A DNA stretch of 64,000 nucleotides from an uncultured Cellulomonadaceae bacterium (GTDB taxonomy: Bacteria; Actinomycetota; Actinomycetes; Actinomycetales; Cellulomonadaceae). The stretch lies in assembly GCA_947495165.1 (NCBI GenBank), contig CANLXM010000003.1:468041-532040 (forward strand). The letters are read 5' to 3'. The notes beneath the pieces are model-generated. The model made no database searches, was not told the DNA's origin, and was given only the letters and a program-made list of their open reading frames with translations. Positions 1 to 9,624 of the stretch are shown here, in pieces. A program made the position numbers and the translations under genes. Positions within the stretch are counted from its first letter, which is position 1. Every line of letters begins with the position of its first letter.

Positions 1-24
1 GTCGTCGAGCACTACTCGCGCTGA
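1..24 (+). CDS. 3' end of an unidentified CDS cut by the window edge (..VVEHYSR*)
   Basis: In-frame TGA at 22-24, followed 10 nt later by a perfect hairpin. There is too little sequence to identify the product. Confidence 0.3.
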   Translation, partial: VVEHYSR

Positions 25-34
25 TCCGACGACG

Positions 35-67
35 AGGGCCCCGCACGCTTGCGCGCGCGGGGCCCTC
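35..67 (+). terminator. GC-rich stem-loop, probable intrinsic terminator
   Basis: gagggccccgc (35-45) is the exact reverse complement of gcggggccctc (57-67), with an 11-nt loop. There is no U-tract, which is common in high-GC actinobacteria. Confidence 0.5.
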
Positions 68-184
68 GCGCGTTCCCGGCGACGGCCTTCCGGGCGCCGG
101 GCGGTAGTCTCTTTCCCATCTGACCAGCACCAGCGCTCACGGGGCGCGCGGCGCCGGACCCGCACGAGGACAAGGACAGCGACA

Positions 185-556
185 ATGGATCTGGGAGACG
201 TGGCCGGGCTCATCGCGGCCATCGCGTTCGTGGTGCTGGTGGCTCTGCTCGCCGTGCCGCTCGTCAAGCTCGGACGGGTGCTCGACGAGGCACGTACGTC
301 GCTGCGCGACGTCACCGAGCACTCCCTGCCGATCCTCGACGAGGCAGCCTCGACCGTCGCCCAGACCAACGCGCAGCTCGTCAAGGTCGACACGATCACC
401 ACGAACGCTGCCCAGGTCACCGAGAACGTCTCCGCGCTCACCAACGTCTACGCCGCCGTGCTCGGGGCTCCCGCGGTGAAGATCGCGAGCTTCTTCTCCG
501 GCCTGGGCCACGCGACGCGCAAGGCATCAGGACGGTTCCGGGGCGGCGCCGCATGA
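185..556 (+). CDS. DUF948-like membrane-anchored protein
   Basis: N-terminal TM helix (LIAAIAFVVLVALLAV) followed by a helical region (LDEARTSLRDVTEHSLPILDEA..). This is the usual position upstream of alaS in actinobacteria. High GC3 in frame. Confidence 0.7.
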   Translation: MDLGDVAGLIAAIAFVVLVALLAVPLVKLGRVLDEARTSLRDVTEHSLPILDEAASTVAQTNAQLVKVDTITTNAAQVTENVSALTNVYAAVLGAPAVKIASFFSGLGHATRKASGRFRGGAA

Positions 557-885
557 GCCGCCTGTTCTGGGTCGCCGTCGGCGTCGGCGGCACGCTCTAC
601 GCCCAGCGCAAGGGCCGCGAGATGGCCGCGCGCTACAGCCCACCCGTCGTCGCGGCCCGCACCGCGCAGAACGTCCAGGCCCAGGCCGAGGACCTGCTCG
701 GCCGGCTCACCGCCGGGTTGCGCGGTTTCACCGACGACCTGCACGCCGGCTCGCAGGCCCGCGAGACCGAGCTCCGTCGTTCGGCCGCTCGCGCCGCCGC
801 CGACGACCACCCCACCACCGATCTCCGCACCCCGCGCCGCAGCGCGGGAACCCCGGGAACGAGCGTTCCCCTCGACGAGTTCTGA
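553..885 (+). CDS. small conserved hypothetical protein (N-terminal TM, helical, Ala/Arg-rich tail)
   Basis: ATGA start/stop overlap with the upstream gene, good GC3, N-terminal hydrophobic segment LFWVAVGVGGTLY. Confidence 0.6.
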   Translation: MSRLFWVAVGVGGTLYAQRKGREMAARYSPPVVAARTAQNVQAQAEDLLGRLTAGLRGFTDDLHAGSQARETELRRSAARAAADDHPTTDLRTPRRSAGTPGTSVPLDEF

Positions 886-891
886 GGACCT

Positions 892-3585
892 ATGCGTACC
901 GCCGACATCCGCCAGCGCTGGCTCGACTACTTCGGGCGCAACGACCACCACATCGCGCCCAGCACGTCGTTGATCTCCCCGGACCCCTCGCTGCTGTTCA
1001 CCGTGGCGGGCATGGTTCCGTTCATCCCGTACATCCTGGGGACGGAACCGGCGCCCTGGCCGCGCGTGGCGAGCGTGCAGAAGTGCATCCGCACCAACGA
1101 CATCGAGAACGTCGGGCTCACGACGCGCCACGGCACGTTCTTCCAGATGAACGGCAACTTCTCCTTCGGTGACTACTTCAAGGAAGGCGCGATCGACCTC
1201 GCCTGGGGTCTGCTCACCGGCGCGCAGTCCGACGGTGGCTACGGGTTCGACGGCGACCGCCTCTGGGTCACTCTGTGGGACCAGGACACCGAGTCGTTCG
1301 ACGTCCTGACGAAGAAGATCGGCCTGGACCCGAAGCACATCGTGCGCCTGCCGCGCGAGGAGAACTTCTGGGACACGGGCCAGCCTGGCCCTGCGGGTCC
1401 CTGCGCCGAGTGGCACTACGACCGCGGGCCTGCGTTCGGTCCCGAGGCCCAGGGCGGGGCGGTCGACCCCGGCGGGGACCGCTACCTCGAGATCTGGAAC
1501 CTGGTCTTCGACCAGTTCCTGCGCGGTGAGGGCAAGGGCAAGGACTACCCGTTGCTGCGCGAGCTCGACCAGAAGGCGATCGACACGGGTGCCGGCCTCG
1601 AGCGCATCGCGTTCCTGCTCCAGGACAAGGCGAACATGTTCGAGACGGACGAGATCTTCCCCGTCATCGCCGCGACTGAGGAGCTCACCGGCCGCACCTA
1701 CGGCAAGGACGCGCAGGACGACGTCCGCATGCGCGTGATCGCCGACCACGTGCGCTCGTCGCTCATGCTGATCGGTGACGGCGTCACGCCGTCGAACGAG
1801 GGCCGCGGCTACGTGCTGCGCCGGGTCGTGCGTCGTGCCGTGCGCTCGCTCCGCCTGCTCGGCGTGCAGGAGGCCGCCATGGACCAGCTCCTGCCGCTGT
1901 CCAAGGACCTCATGAAGGCGTCGTACCCCGAGCTCGAGGCCGACTGGAACCGCATCTCCCAGGTCGCCTACGGCGAGGAGGAGGCGTTCCTGCGCACGCT
2001 CGCGTCCGGGACGACGATCCTGGACACGGCCGTGCAGACGGCCAAGAAGACGTCGTCCGGCGCGCCGGTGCTCGGCGGCGCCGAGGCCTTCGCTCTGCAC
2101 GACACGTACGGCTTCCCCATCGACCTGACCCTCGAGATGGCGGCCGAGCAGGGCGTCCAGGTCGACGAGCAGGCGTTCCGGTCGCTCATGGCCGAGCAGC
2201 GCTCGCGTGCCCGTGCCGACGCCGTCGCCAAGAAGACCGGCCACACCGACAACGCGGCGTACGAGTCGCTGCGCCAGTCGATGTCCGCGCCCGTCCAGTT
2301 CCGCGGCTACACCGAGGCCACGACGCGCTCCGCCGTCGTCGGCCTCCTTGTCGGCGGTCAGCCCGTGCCTGCCGCGACGGCGCCCGCCGACGTCGAGCTC
2401 GTGCTCGACACGACGCCGTTCTACGCCGAGTCCGGCGGGCAGCTGGCCGACCAGGGCACCATCCTGCTCGACGGCGGTGCGCGCATCGAGGTGGACGACG
2501 TTCAGGCACCGATCAAGGGTCTGAACGTGCACCGCGGCCGCCTGGTCGACGGCACGGTCACCGTGGGAGAGTCCGGCACCGCTCAGATCGACACCGCCCG
2601 CCGCGGTGCGATCGCGCGCGCCCACTCGGCGACGCACCTGATCCACAAGGCGCTCCAGGAGAGCCTCGGCAAGGACGCGACCCAGGCGGGGTCAGAGAAC
2701 GCGCCGAGCCGCGTGCGCTTCGACTTCCGGCGTGCCCAGGCGGTGCCGGGCGGGGCGATGGCGGAGATCGAGGAGCGCGTCAACCTGCGGTTGCAGGAGA
2801 ACCTCGACGTCACGGACACGGTGACCACGCTCGACAAGGCCCGCGAGATGGGCGCCATGGCGCTGTTCGGCGAGAAGTACGGCGAGCAGGTGCGCGTCGT
2901 CTCGATCGGCGGCGACTGGTCGCTCGAGCTTTGCGGCGGTACCCACGTGGGCCAGTCCGGCGAGATCGGGCTCGTGACGTTGCTCGGAGAGTCCTCCATC
3001 GGGTCCGGTGTGCGCCGCGTCGAAGCGCTCGTCGGTGCCCAGGCCTACGGCTTCCAGGCCAAGGAGCACGCGCTCGTGGGCCAGATCACGTCCCTGGTCG
3101 GTGGGTCGCGGGACGAGCTCCCCGAGCGCATCTCCTCGCTCATGACCAAGCTCAAGGACGCGGAGAAGCAGCTCGCCAACCTCCAGCAGGCGCAGCTGCT
3201 CGCGGTCGCGGGTCAGCTGGCAGCGCAGGCCCAGGAGGTCTCGGGCGTCCGCGTGGTCATCCACGACGCTGGTGAGGTGCCCGGCGCCGACGGCCTGCGC
3301 GCGCTCGCGCTCGACGTCCGCGGCCGCCTGGGGGAGTCTGCCCCGACGGTCGTCGCCGTCGCCGGCACGAGCAACGGTCGTGCGCTGGTCGTGATCGCGA
3401 CGAACGCCGCCGCGCGCGAGCTCGGCCTCCGCGCGGGAGCGCTCACCAAGGCCGCCTCGGGTGTGCTCGGTGGTGGTGGCGGCGGCAAGGACGACCTCGC
3501 CCAGGGTGGCGGCACCGACGCGTCCGCCGTCCCGGCTGCCCTGACCGGGGTGCGCGACGACGTCGCGCGGTCCCGAGGCCAGTGA
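892..3585 (+). CDS. alaS: alanine--tRNA ligase
   Basis: 897 aa. Class II AlaRS motifs (FTVAGMVPF, RHGTFFQMNGNFSFGDYFK, WHYDRGP), editing-domain HxxxH (HSATHLIH) and CGGTH, and a C-terminal DHHA1-like GGGGGK. Confidence 0.97.
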   Translation: MRTADIRQRWLDYFGRNDHHIAPSTSLISPDPSLLFTVAGMVPFIPYILGTEPAPWPRVASVQKCIRTNDIENVGLTTRHGTFFQMNGNFSFGDYFKEGAIDLAWGLLTGAQSDGGYGFDGDRLWVTLWDQDTESFDVLTKKIGLDPKHIVRLPREENFWDTGQPGPAGPCAEWHYDRGPAFGPEAQGGAVDPGGDRYLEIWNLVFDQFLRGEGKGKDYPLLRELDQKAIDTGAGLERIAFLLQDKANMFETDEIFPVIAATEELTGRTYGKDAQDDVRMRVIADHVRSSLMLIGDGVTPSNEGRGYVLRRVVRRAVRSLRLLGVQEAAMDQLLPLSKDLMKASYPELEADWNRISQVAYGEEEAFLRTLASGTTILDTAVQTAKKTSSGAPVLGGAEAFALHDTYGFPIDLTLEMAAEQGVQVDEQAFRSLMAEQRSRARADAVAKKTGHTDNAAYESLRQSMSAPVQFRGYTEATTRSAVVGLLVGGQPVPAATAPADVELVLDTTPFYAESGGQLADQGTILLDGGARIEVDDVQAPIKGLNVHRGRLVDGTVTVGESGTAQIDTARRGAIARAHSATHLIHKALQESLGKDATQAGSENAPSRVRFDFRRAQAVPGGAMAEIEERVNLRLQENLDVTDTVTTLDKAREMGAMALFGEKYGEQVRVVSIGGDWSLELCGGTHVGQSGEIGLVTLLGESSIGSGVRRVEALVGAQAYGFQAKEHALVGQITSLVGGSRDELPERISSLMTKLKDAEKQLANLQQAQLLAVAGQLAAQAQEVSGVRVVIHDAGEVPGADGLRALALDVRGRLGESAPTVVAVAGTSNGRALVVIATNAAARELGLRAGALTKAASGVLGGGGGGKDDLAQGGGTDASAVPAALTGVRDDVARSRGQ

Positions 3586-4052
3586 CTCTGCCGCGCGGGC
3601 CTCGCCTCGCCGTCGACGTCGGCGCCGTGCGCGTCGGCGTCGCGGCGAGCGACCCGGACGGGCTGATCGCCACCCCCGTCGAGACCCTCGCACGCGACAC
3701 GACCGCGCGGCGGGGCGATCTCGCGACCCTCGTGACGGAAGTCACGGAGCGCCAGGTGGCCGTCGTCTACGTCGGCCTCCCGATGCACCTCAGCGGCCAG
3801 GAGGGGGCAGCGAGCGAGGCGGCACGCGCCTACGCCGCCGAGCTGGCGGAGCGCGTGTCACCGGTCGAGGTTCGGCTCGTGGACGAGAGAATGAGTACAG
3901 TGAGCGCGCACCAGGCGTTGCACGCGGCCGGACGAGCCGGACGCAAGCACCGCCAGGTGGTCGACCAGGTCGCCGCCGTCGTCATCCTGCAGTCGGCGCT
4001 CGACCACGAGCGCTCGCGCGGTGCGCGAGCGGGGGAGCTCGTCGCGCGATGA
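3582..4052 (+). CDS. ruvX: Holliday junction resolvase-like / pre-16S rRNA nuclease YqgF
   Basis: GTGA overlap with alaS. RLAVDVGAVRVGVAASD N-terminus and a C-terminal AAVVILQSALD motif typical of YqgF. Conserved alaS-ruvX-mltG order. Confidence 0.9.
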   Translation: MTLPRGPRLAVDVGAVRVGVAASDPDGLIATPVETLARDTTARRGDLATLVTEVTERQVAVVYVGLPMHLSGQEGAASEAARAYAAELAERVSPVEVRLVDERMSTVSAHQALHAAGRAGRKHRQVVDQVAAVVILQSALDHERSRGARAGELVAR

Positions 4053-4104
4053 CCTTGCCCAGAACCCAGACGATCCACGTGACACCGACGGAGGCTGTGG
4101 ACCT

Positions 4105-5268
4105 ATGAGCGATCTGATGCCCGGCGCGGCCCCCGAGGTCCGCCGCTCCCGGAGCGCGCAACGCGTCAGCCCGTCCGCCCGACGTCGCCGCCGGCAGCGG
4201 CGCATCCGCACGGGAGTGCTCGTCGTGCTGCTCGCCGCGCTCGTGGCCGGCGCGGGCCTCTTCGTCAAGAACCAGTGGTCGGACCTGTTCGGCAACGAGA
4301 CCGTCGTCGCGGCGACCGACTTCAGCGGCCCGGGCGTGGGCGAGGCCAAGGTGCAGATCGCCAAGGGCGCCTCGGGCGCCGCGATCGGCCAGGCGCTGAC
4401 CGAGGCCGGTGTGATCGCCTCGCAGCGTGCCTTCACGACGGCGATCAGCGACTACACCGCGCAGACCGGGGTCGCCCCGAACCTGTCTTACGGGACGTAC
4501 TCGCTCAAGCTCGAGATGAAGGCTTCGGACGCCCTCGCTGCGATGCTCGACAAGGCCAACCTGGTGCAGGACGGCGTCACCGTCCGCGAGGGACTGAGCG
4601 TCGCCGAGACGATCGAGCGCCTGAGCTCGGTGACGACGATCCCGGTCGAGGACTTCGAGGCGGCTCTCGAGGACCCGGAGGCGATCGGCCTGCCGAAGGA
4701 GGCCGACGGTGAGGCGGAGGGCTGGCTCGCTCCGGCGACCTACCCGTACGAGGAGGGCACGACCGCCGCGAACCTGCTGTCGACCATGGTCGCGAAGCAG
4801 ATCTCGGACATGGAGAGCCTCGGCATCAAGGAGGGCGACCGCATGGAAGCCCTGATCAAGGCCTCGCTCGTCGAGAAGGAAGCCCCGGCAGAGGCGCGCG
4901 CGCAGGTCGCGCGGGTCATCGAGAACCGGCTCGAGCAGGGCATGCCGCTGCAGTTCGACTCGACCATCCACTTCATCGCGGGCGAGGGCTCTGCTGACGC
5001 GAGCACCACGGACGAGCAGCGCAACGTGGACTCGCCCTACAACACCTACCGGTACGAGGGTCTGCCCCCGGGGCCGATCGCGAACCCGGGCAAGGCGGCG
5101 CTCGAGGCTGTAGCCGACCCGGAGCCCGGCAACTGGGTGTTCTTCGTGACGGTGAACCCCGAGACGGGCGAGACCAAGTTCACCGACTCGTACGACCAGC
5201 ACCTCGTCAACCGCCAGGAGTACCTCACCTGGATCGCCGAGAACTCGACCGCCGACGCGGAGGACTGA
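4105..5268 (+). CDS. mltG: endolytic murein transglycosylase MltG (YceG family)
   Basis: ATG at 4105 preceded by GGAGG. Basic N-terminus plus a TM helix, then YceG motifs (GWLAPATYPY, LIKASLVEKE, PYNTYRYEGLPPGPIANPG). The upstream extension of the ORF to 4021 overlaps ruvX and is unlikely. Confidence 0.92.
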   Translation: MSDLMPGAAPEVRRSRSAQRVSPSARRRRRQRRIRTGVLVVLLAALVAGAGLFVKNQWSDLFGNETVVAATDFSGPGVGEAKVQIAKGASGAAIGQALTEAGVIASQRAFTTAISDYTAQTGVAPNLSYGTYSLKLEMKASDALAAMLDKANLVQDGVTVREGLSVAETIERLSSVTTIPVEDFEAALEDPEAIGLPKEADGEAEGWLAPATYPYEEGTTAANLLSTMVAKQISDMESLGIKEGDRMEALIKASLVEKEAPAEARAQVARVIENRLEQGMPLQFDSTIHFIAGEGSADASTTDEQRNVDSPYNTYRYEGLPPGPIANPGKAALEAVADPEPGNWVFFVTVNPETGETKFTDSYDQHLVNRQEYLTWIAENSTADAED

Positions 5269-5269
5269 G

Positions 5270-6109
5270 GTGCGGGCAGCCGTCCTCGGTCACCCGATCG
5301 CGCACTCGCTGTCGCCCGTGCTCCACCGGGCGGCATACCGAGAGCTCGGGCTCGACTGGCAGTACGACGCGCTCGACGTCGAGGCGGACGGGCTCGCGGA
5401 CTTCGTCACGAGCTGCGGCGAGGAGTGGGCTGGACTGAGCCTGACGATGCCCCTGAAGCAGACGATCCTGCCCCTGCTCGACCACGTGGAGCCGCTGGCC
5501 GAGGCCGTCGGCGCAGTCAACACCCTCCTGCTGCAGCACGGCCCCGGAGCCGCCGTCAAGGTCGGTGCCAACACCGACGTGCACGGGATCGTCGCCGCGG
5601 TGCGCGAGGTACGCACGCCGGTGCCCGGCGGTCCCGCGGTGATCCTGGGCGGGGGAGCCACCGCGTGCTCCGCGCTGGCCGCGTTGGGCGAGCTCGGGCA
5701 CCACGCGCCGGTCGTCCTCGTGCGCTCCCTCGCCCGCACCGGAGCCGTGCGGCGCGCCGCGCACAAGATGGGCGTGGAGCCCACCTTCGCCACGCTCGAC
5801 CGTGCCATCGACGTTCTCCCGGGCGCCGACGTCGTCGTCTCGACGCTGCCCGCCGGCGCGGGGGACCCGCTGGCGTCTGTCCTGACCGGGGTGACGGTGC
5901 GCGGGACGCTCCTCGACGTCGTCTACCCGTCGCCGACGCCGCTGGCCGCCACGTGGGCCGCCGCCGGTGGCGCGGTGGCGCCGGGGGAGCGCATGCTGCT
6001 GCATCAGGCCGCGGAGCAGGTGCGCCTGATGACGGACCGCACCCCGCCGCTGGCAGCGATGGACGCCGCGCTCACCGCATCGCTCGCGACGCGCAACCCG
6101 TCGGCCTAA
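5270..6109 (+). CDS. aroE: shikimate dehydrogenase
   Basis: GTG start after GGAGGA. HSLSP(V)LH, SLTMPLK, GAVNTL and NTD motifs, plus a GGGATA Rossmann loop. Confidence 0.9.
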   Translation: MRAAVLGHPIAHSLSPVLHRAAYRELGLDWQYDALDVEADGLADFVTSCGEEWAGLSLTMPLKQTILPLLDHVEPLAEAVGAVNTLLLQHGPGAAVKVGANTDVHGIVAAVREVRTPVPGGPAVILGGGATACSALAALGELGHHAPVVLVRSLARTGAVRRAAHKMGVEPTFATLDRAIDVLPGADVVVSTLPAGAGDPLASVLTGVTVRGTLLDVVYPSPTPLAATWAAAGGAVAPGERMLLHQAAEQVRLMTDRTPPLAAMDAALTASLATRNPSA

Positions 6110-6190
6110 ACGCTCACGGTCGCCGCCCCGGACGCCGATAGGACACCTGGGCGAGGCGGGATCCTCGCGCGCCGTCGGACGAGGGAGTGA

Positions 6191-7870
6191 GTGATGAAGC
6201 AGCTCGGGGAGATCCTCCTGGAGGAGGGCCTGGTCAACGAGGAGCAGCTGATCGCCGCTCTCGACGAGCAGGTGGTGCGCGGGACGTCGCTGGGTCGCGT
6301 GCTCGTCGAGCTGGGCATCCTCAGCGAGGACCAGCTCGTGGCAGCCCTCGCCTCCCAGGTCGGCATGGAGTTCGTCGACCTCGACGAGTACCCCGTCGAG
6401 CGCGCCGCGGTCGTGATGCTGCCGGCTGCGCAGTGCCGGCGGTACGTCATGCTGCCGATCGGCGTGCGTGACGGTCAGCTCGTGCTCGCGATGGCGGACC
6501 CGGGGAACGTCATGGCGCTCGACGACGCGCGCGCGATGTCCGGGATGTTCGTCACGCCCGTCGTCGCCGCCCACGACAACCTCGTGCGTGCGATCGACCG
6601 TTACTGCCGTGCCGACGGCGAGATGGCCGACCTCACGGACGCGTTCGAGGCGGAGAACCAGGAGGAGTCCGACCTCGACCTCTCCAAGCTGTCAGGCGCC
6701 GACGCCGACGACGCGCCGATCGTGCGGTACGTCAACCTCCTGGTGACCCAGGCGATCACCGACCGTGCCTCCGACATCCACATCGAGCCCACCGAGGGCG
6801 AGCTGCGGGTGCGGTACCGCATCGACGGCGTGCTGCACGAGATGCAGCGCTCACCCAAGCAGATCCAGAACGGGGTGATCTCCCGCGTCAAGATCCTCTC
6901 CGACATCGATATCGCCGAGCGCCGCAAGCCGCAGGACGGCCGCATGTCCGTGGTGCACAACGGCCGCAAGATCGACCTGCGCGTGGCGACGCTGCCGACG
7001 GTGTGGGGCGAGAAGATCGTCATGCGAATCCTCGACAACTCCACGGCGAGCCTCGACCTGCGCGACCTGTCCTTCGGACAGGAGAACTACGAGATCTACT
7101 CGAAGTCGTACAACAAGCCGTACGGGATGATCCTCGTGACCGGGCCCACCGGGTCGGGCAAGTCGACGACGCTGTACGCGACCCTCAACGCCGTCTCGAA
7201 GCCGGAGATCAACGTGATCACGGTCGAGGACCCTGTCGAGTACCGCCTCCCGGGCATCAACCAGGTACAGGTCAACCCCAAGGCCGGGCTGACCTTCGCT
7301 GGCGCCCTGCGCTCGATCCTGCGGTCCGACCCTGACGTCGTGCTGCTCGGTGAGATCCGCGACCACGAGACCGCGCAGATCGCGATCGAGGCGGCGCTCA
7401 CCGGGCACCTCGTGCTCTCCACCCTGCACACCAATGACGCGCCGTCTGCCATCACGCGGCTCGTCGAGATGGGCATCGAGCCGTTCCTCGTCGGGTCCGC
7501 GATCGACTGCATCGTCGCCCAGCGCCTCGCGCGGCGCCTGTGCAGCAAGTGCAAGGTCCCGTACGAGCCCGCCGATGTCGAGCTCGAGGCGTCGCGGTTC
7601 CCGTGGTTGCCGGGGGAGGAGAAGCCGGTGCTGCACCGCCCGGGTGGTTGCAGCACGTGCTCAGGTACCGGATATCGGGGCCGGCTCGCCCTGCACGAGG
7701 TCATGGAGGTCACCGAGGCAATCGAGCGGCACGCCGTCGCGGGATCGTCGGCGGCCGAGATCGCGCGCACCGCCGCAGCCGAGGGCATGTCGTCGTTGCG
7801 GATGGACGGCTGGCGCAAGGTGATCGCGGGGGACACCTCGATCGAGGAGATCCTCCGCGTGGTCGCGTGA
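6191..7870 (+). CDS. pilB: type IV pilus assembly ATPase PilB (GspE family) with an N-terminal T2SSE_N/MshEN-like domain
   Basis: Walker A GPTGSGKSTT, Asp box, Walker B VVLLGEIRD, His box LVLSTLHTNDA, tetracysteine CSKC..CSTCSGTGYRGR. The start could instead be the ATG at 6194. Confidence 0.93.
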   Translation: MMKQLGEILLEEGLVNEEQLIAALDEQVVRGTSLGRVLVELGILSEDQLVAALASQVGMEFVDLDEYPVERAAVVMLPAAQCRRYVMLPIGVRDGQLVLAMADPGNVMALDDARAMSGMFVTPVVAAHDNLVRAIDRYCRADGEMADLTDAFEAENQEESDLDLSKLSGADADDAPIVRYVNLLVTQAITDRASDIHIEPTEGELRVRYRIDGVLHEMQRSPKQIQNGVISRVKILSDIDIAERRKPQDGRMSVVHNGRKIDLRVATLPTVWGEKIVMRILDNSTASLDLRDLSFGQENYEIYSKSYNKPYGMILVTGPTGSGKSTTLYATLNAVSKPEINVITVEDPVEYRLPGINQVQVNPKAGLTFAGALRSILRSDPDVVLLGEIRDHETAQIAIEAALTGHLVLSTLHTNDAPSAITRLVEMGIEPFLVGSAIDCIVAQRLARRLCSKCKVPYEPADVELEASRFPWLPGEEKPVLHRPGGCSTCSGTGYRGRLALHEVMEVTEAIERHAVAGSSAAEIARTAAAEGMSSLRMDGWRKVIAGDTSIEEILRVVA

Positions 7871-7961
7871 TGCTCGTGCACCTGTCGCTCAAGACTTCGG
7901 GGCACGTCGCCGATAAGTAGACGTCGCGTGTGCGCGCGGCGCCCCCGAGAAAGGCTGACCC

Positions 7962-9623
7962 GTGGCTGACTTCACCGAGCACACCCTCCCGAGCGGGGAG
8001 CCCATGCCCCAGCGGAACCATCCGGGCGAGCCGGTGCGGCGCCCGTTGGCCTACCCACCGGCGGCAGGCACCATGGCCGCAGCATCGATGGGTGGTGCGC
8101 CCCTGGGAGGCGCGCCTCTCGGCGGTCCGGTTGCCGGGGCAGAGCTGGGAGCCGGGCCGGGGAACCCGTTCGGGCACGCCAACCCGTATGCCACCCGTCA
8201 AGGGCAGGCTGCACCTTCCGCGCCCTCGGGCCAGCCGCCCGCGGCCACGGCGCCGCGTGGACCACAGTCGACCGGCTACGGGCACCAGCAGCTCCCGCAG
8301 CAGCGCCCCCCCGCCCCCCATGGCTGGCAGGTGCGTAGTGAGCCCGCGCCCGCCCCGGGGCGCACGGCGCCCACGAGCCCGTCAGCTCCCAGCGCGGCGC
8401 CGCTGACGCGCGCGTCAGTCGCGCGCGCCGGGGCGCCTCGAGCTGCGGCTGCGGCCTCCCCAGCCGCCGCAACCCGCCCTGGTGCGACGACGAGCACCGA
8501 TCTCGACATCGACGAGCTGCTGCGGGCGCTGGTGTCCATGGGTGCGTCCGACCTGCACCTCACGTCGGGCGCGCACCCGATGCTGCGCCGCAACGGGTCG
8601 CTCGTCCCGCTCGAGAGCTTCCCGATCATCGAGGGCGCGAGCCTGCGCCGCACGCTCTACTCGATCCTCAAGCAGCGCCAGCGCGAGCGGTTCGAGGAGG
8701 AGCTCGAGCTCGACTTCTCGTACTCGGTCCCGAACACCGCGCGGTTCCGCGTGAACATCTACCAGCAGCGCGAGTCCGTGGGCGCGGCGTTCCGGGTGAT
8801 CCCCTTCGAGATCAAGCCCCTCGAGGAGCTGGGCGTCCCCGGTGTCGTCGCAAACTTCGCCGGGCTGCCGCGTGGGCTCGTCCTCGTGACCGGTCCCACG
8901 GGCTCGGGCAAGTCGACGACGCTCGCGTCTATCATCGACCTCGCCAACCGGACGCGGTCCGACCACATCATGACCGTCGAGGACCCGATCGAGTTCCTGC
9001 ACGACCACAAGAAGTCGATCATCAACCAGCGTGAGGTCGGCGCGGACACCCACAGCTTCGCCAACGCCCTCAAGCACGTGCTGCGTCAGGACCCGGACAT
9101 CATCCTCGTGGGTGAGATGCGCGACCTCGAGACGATCTCGGTCGCGCTCACCGCGGCGGAGACCGGCCACCTGGTCTTCGCGACCCTGCACACGCAGGAC
9201 GCGGCGCAGACGATCGACCGCATCGTCGACGTGTTCCCGCCCGAGCAGCAGGGGCAGGTCCGCACGCAGCTGGCGTCCTCGCTGCAGGGCGTCGTCTGCC
9301 AGACGTTGTGCAAGCGCGCCGGACGCCCGGGCCGCGTCGTCGCCACCGAGGTGCTCGTCGCCACGCCGGCGATCCGCAACCTCGTGCGCGAGGGCAAGAC
9401 CCACCAGATCTACTCGTCCATGCAGGCGGGGCAGGACCACGGGATGCACACGCTCGACCAGCACCTCGCGGACCTCGTGCGCACCGGTCAGATCACGTAC
9501 GAGACCGGTCTGGAGAAGGCGCACCACATGGAGGACTACAACAAGCTCACCGGCCGCCAGGCGCGCATGAACCAGGGCGGCGCCGCCCTGCAGGCCGCGG
9601 CCAACAACATCGGGGGTATGTGA
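7962..9623 (+). CDS. pilT: type IV pilus retraction ATPase PilT with an N-terminal Pro/Ala/Gly-rich extension of about 180 aa
   Basis: The C-terminal 370 aa is canonical PilT (ASDLHLT, GPTGSGKSTT, ILVGEMRD, LVFATLHT, AIRNLVREGK). GTG at 7962 has GAAAGG 8 nt upstream, and GC3 stays high through the extension. Confidence 0.88.
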   Translation: MADFTEHTLPSGEPMPQRNHPGEPVRRPLAYPPAAGTMAAASMGGAPLGGAPLGGPVAGAELGAGPGNPFGHANPYATRQGQAAPSAPSGQPPAATAPRGPQSTGYGHQQLPQQRPPAPHGWQVRSEPAPAPGRTAPTSPSAPSAAPLTRASVARAGAPRAAAAASPAAATRPGATTSTDLDIDELLRALVSMGASDLHLTSGAHPMLRRNGSLVPLESFPIIEGASLRRTLYSILKQRQRERFEEELELDFSYSVPNTARFRVNIYQQRESVGAAFRVIPFEIKPLEELGVPGVVANFAGLPRGLVLVTGPTGSGKSTTLASIIDLANRTRSDHIMTVEDPIEFLHDHKKSIINQREVGADTHSFANALKHVLRQDPDIILVGEMRDLETISVALTAAETGHLVFATLHTQDAAQTIDRIVDVFPPEQQGQVRTQLASSLQGVVCQTLCKRAGRPGRVVATEVLVATPAIRNLVREGKTHQIYSSMQAGQDHGMHTLDQHLADLVRTGQITYETGLEKAHHMEDYNKLTGRQARMNQGGAALQAAANNIGGM

Positions 9624-9624
9624 C

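Noticed and set aside
448-2646. 732-aa ORF antisense to alaS
   Set aside because: It lies opposite a confidently identified gene. The translation is Arg/Gly/Asp/His/Ala-rich low-complexity sequence with no motifs. Long antisense ORFs are expected at this GC content because stop codons are rare.
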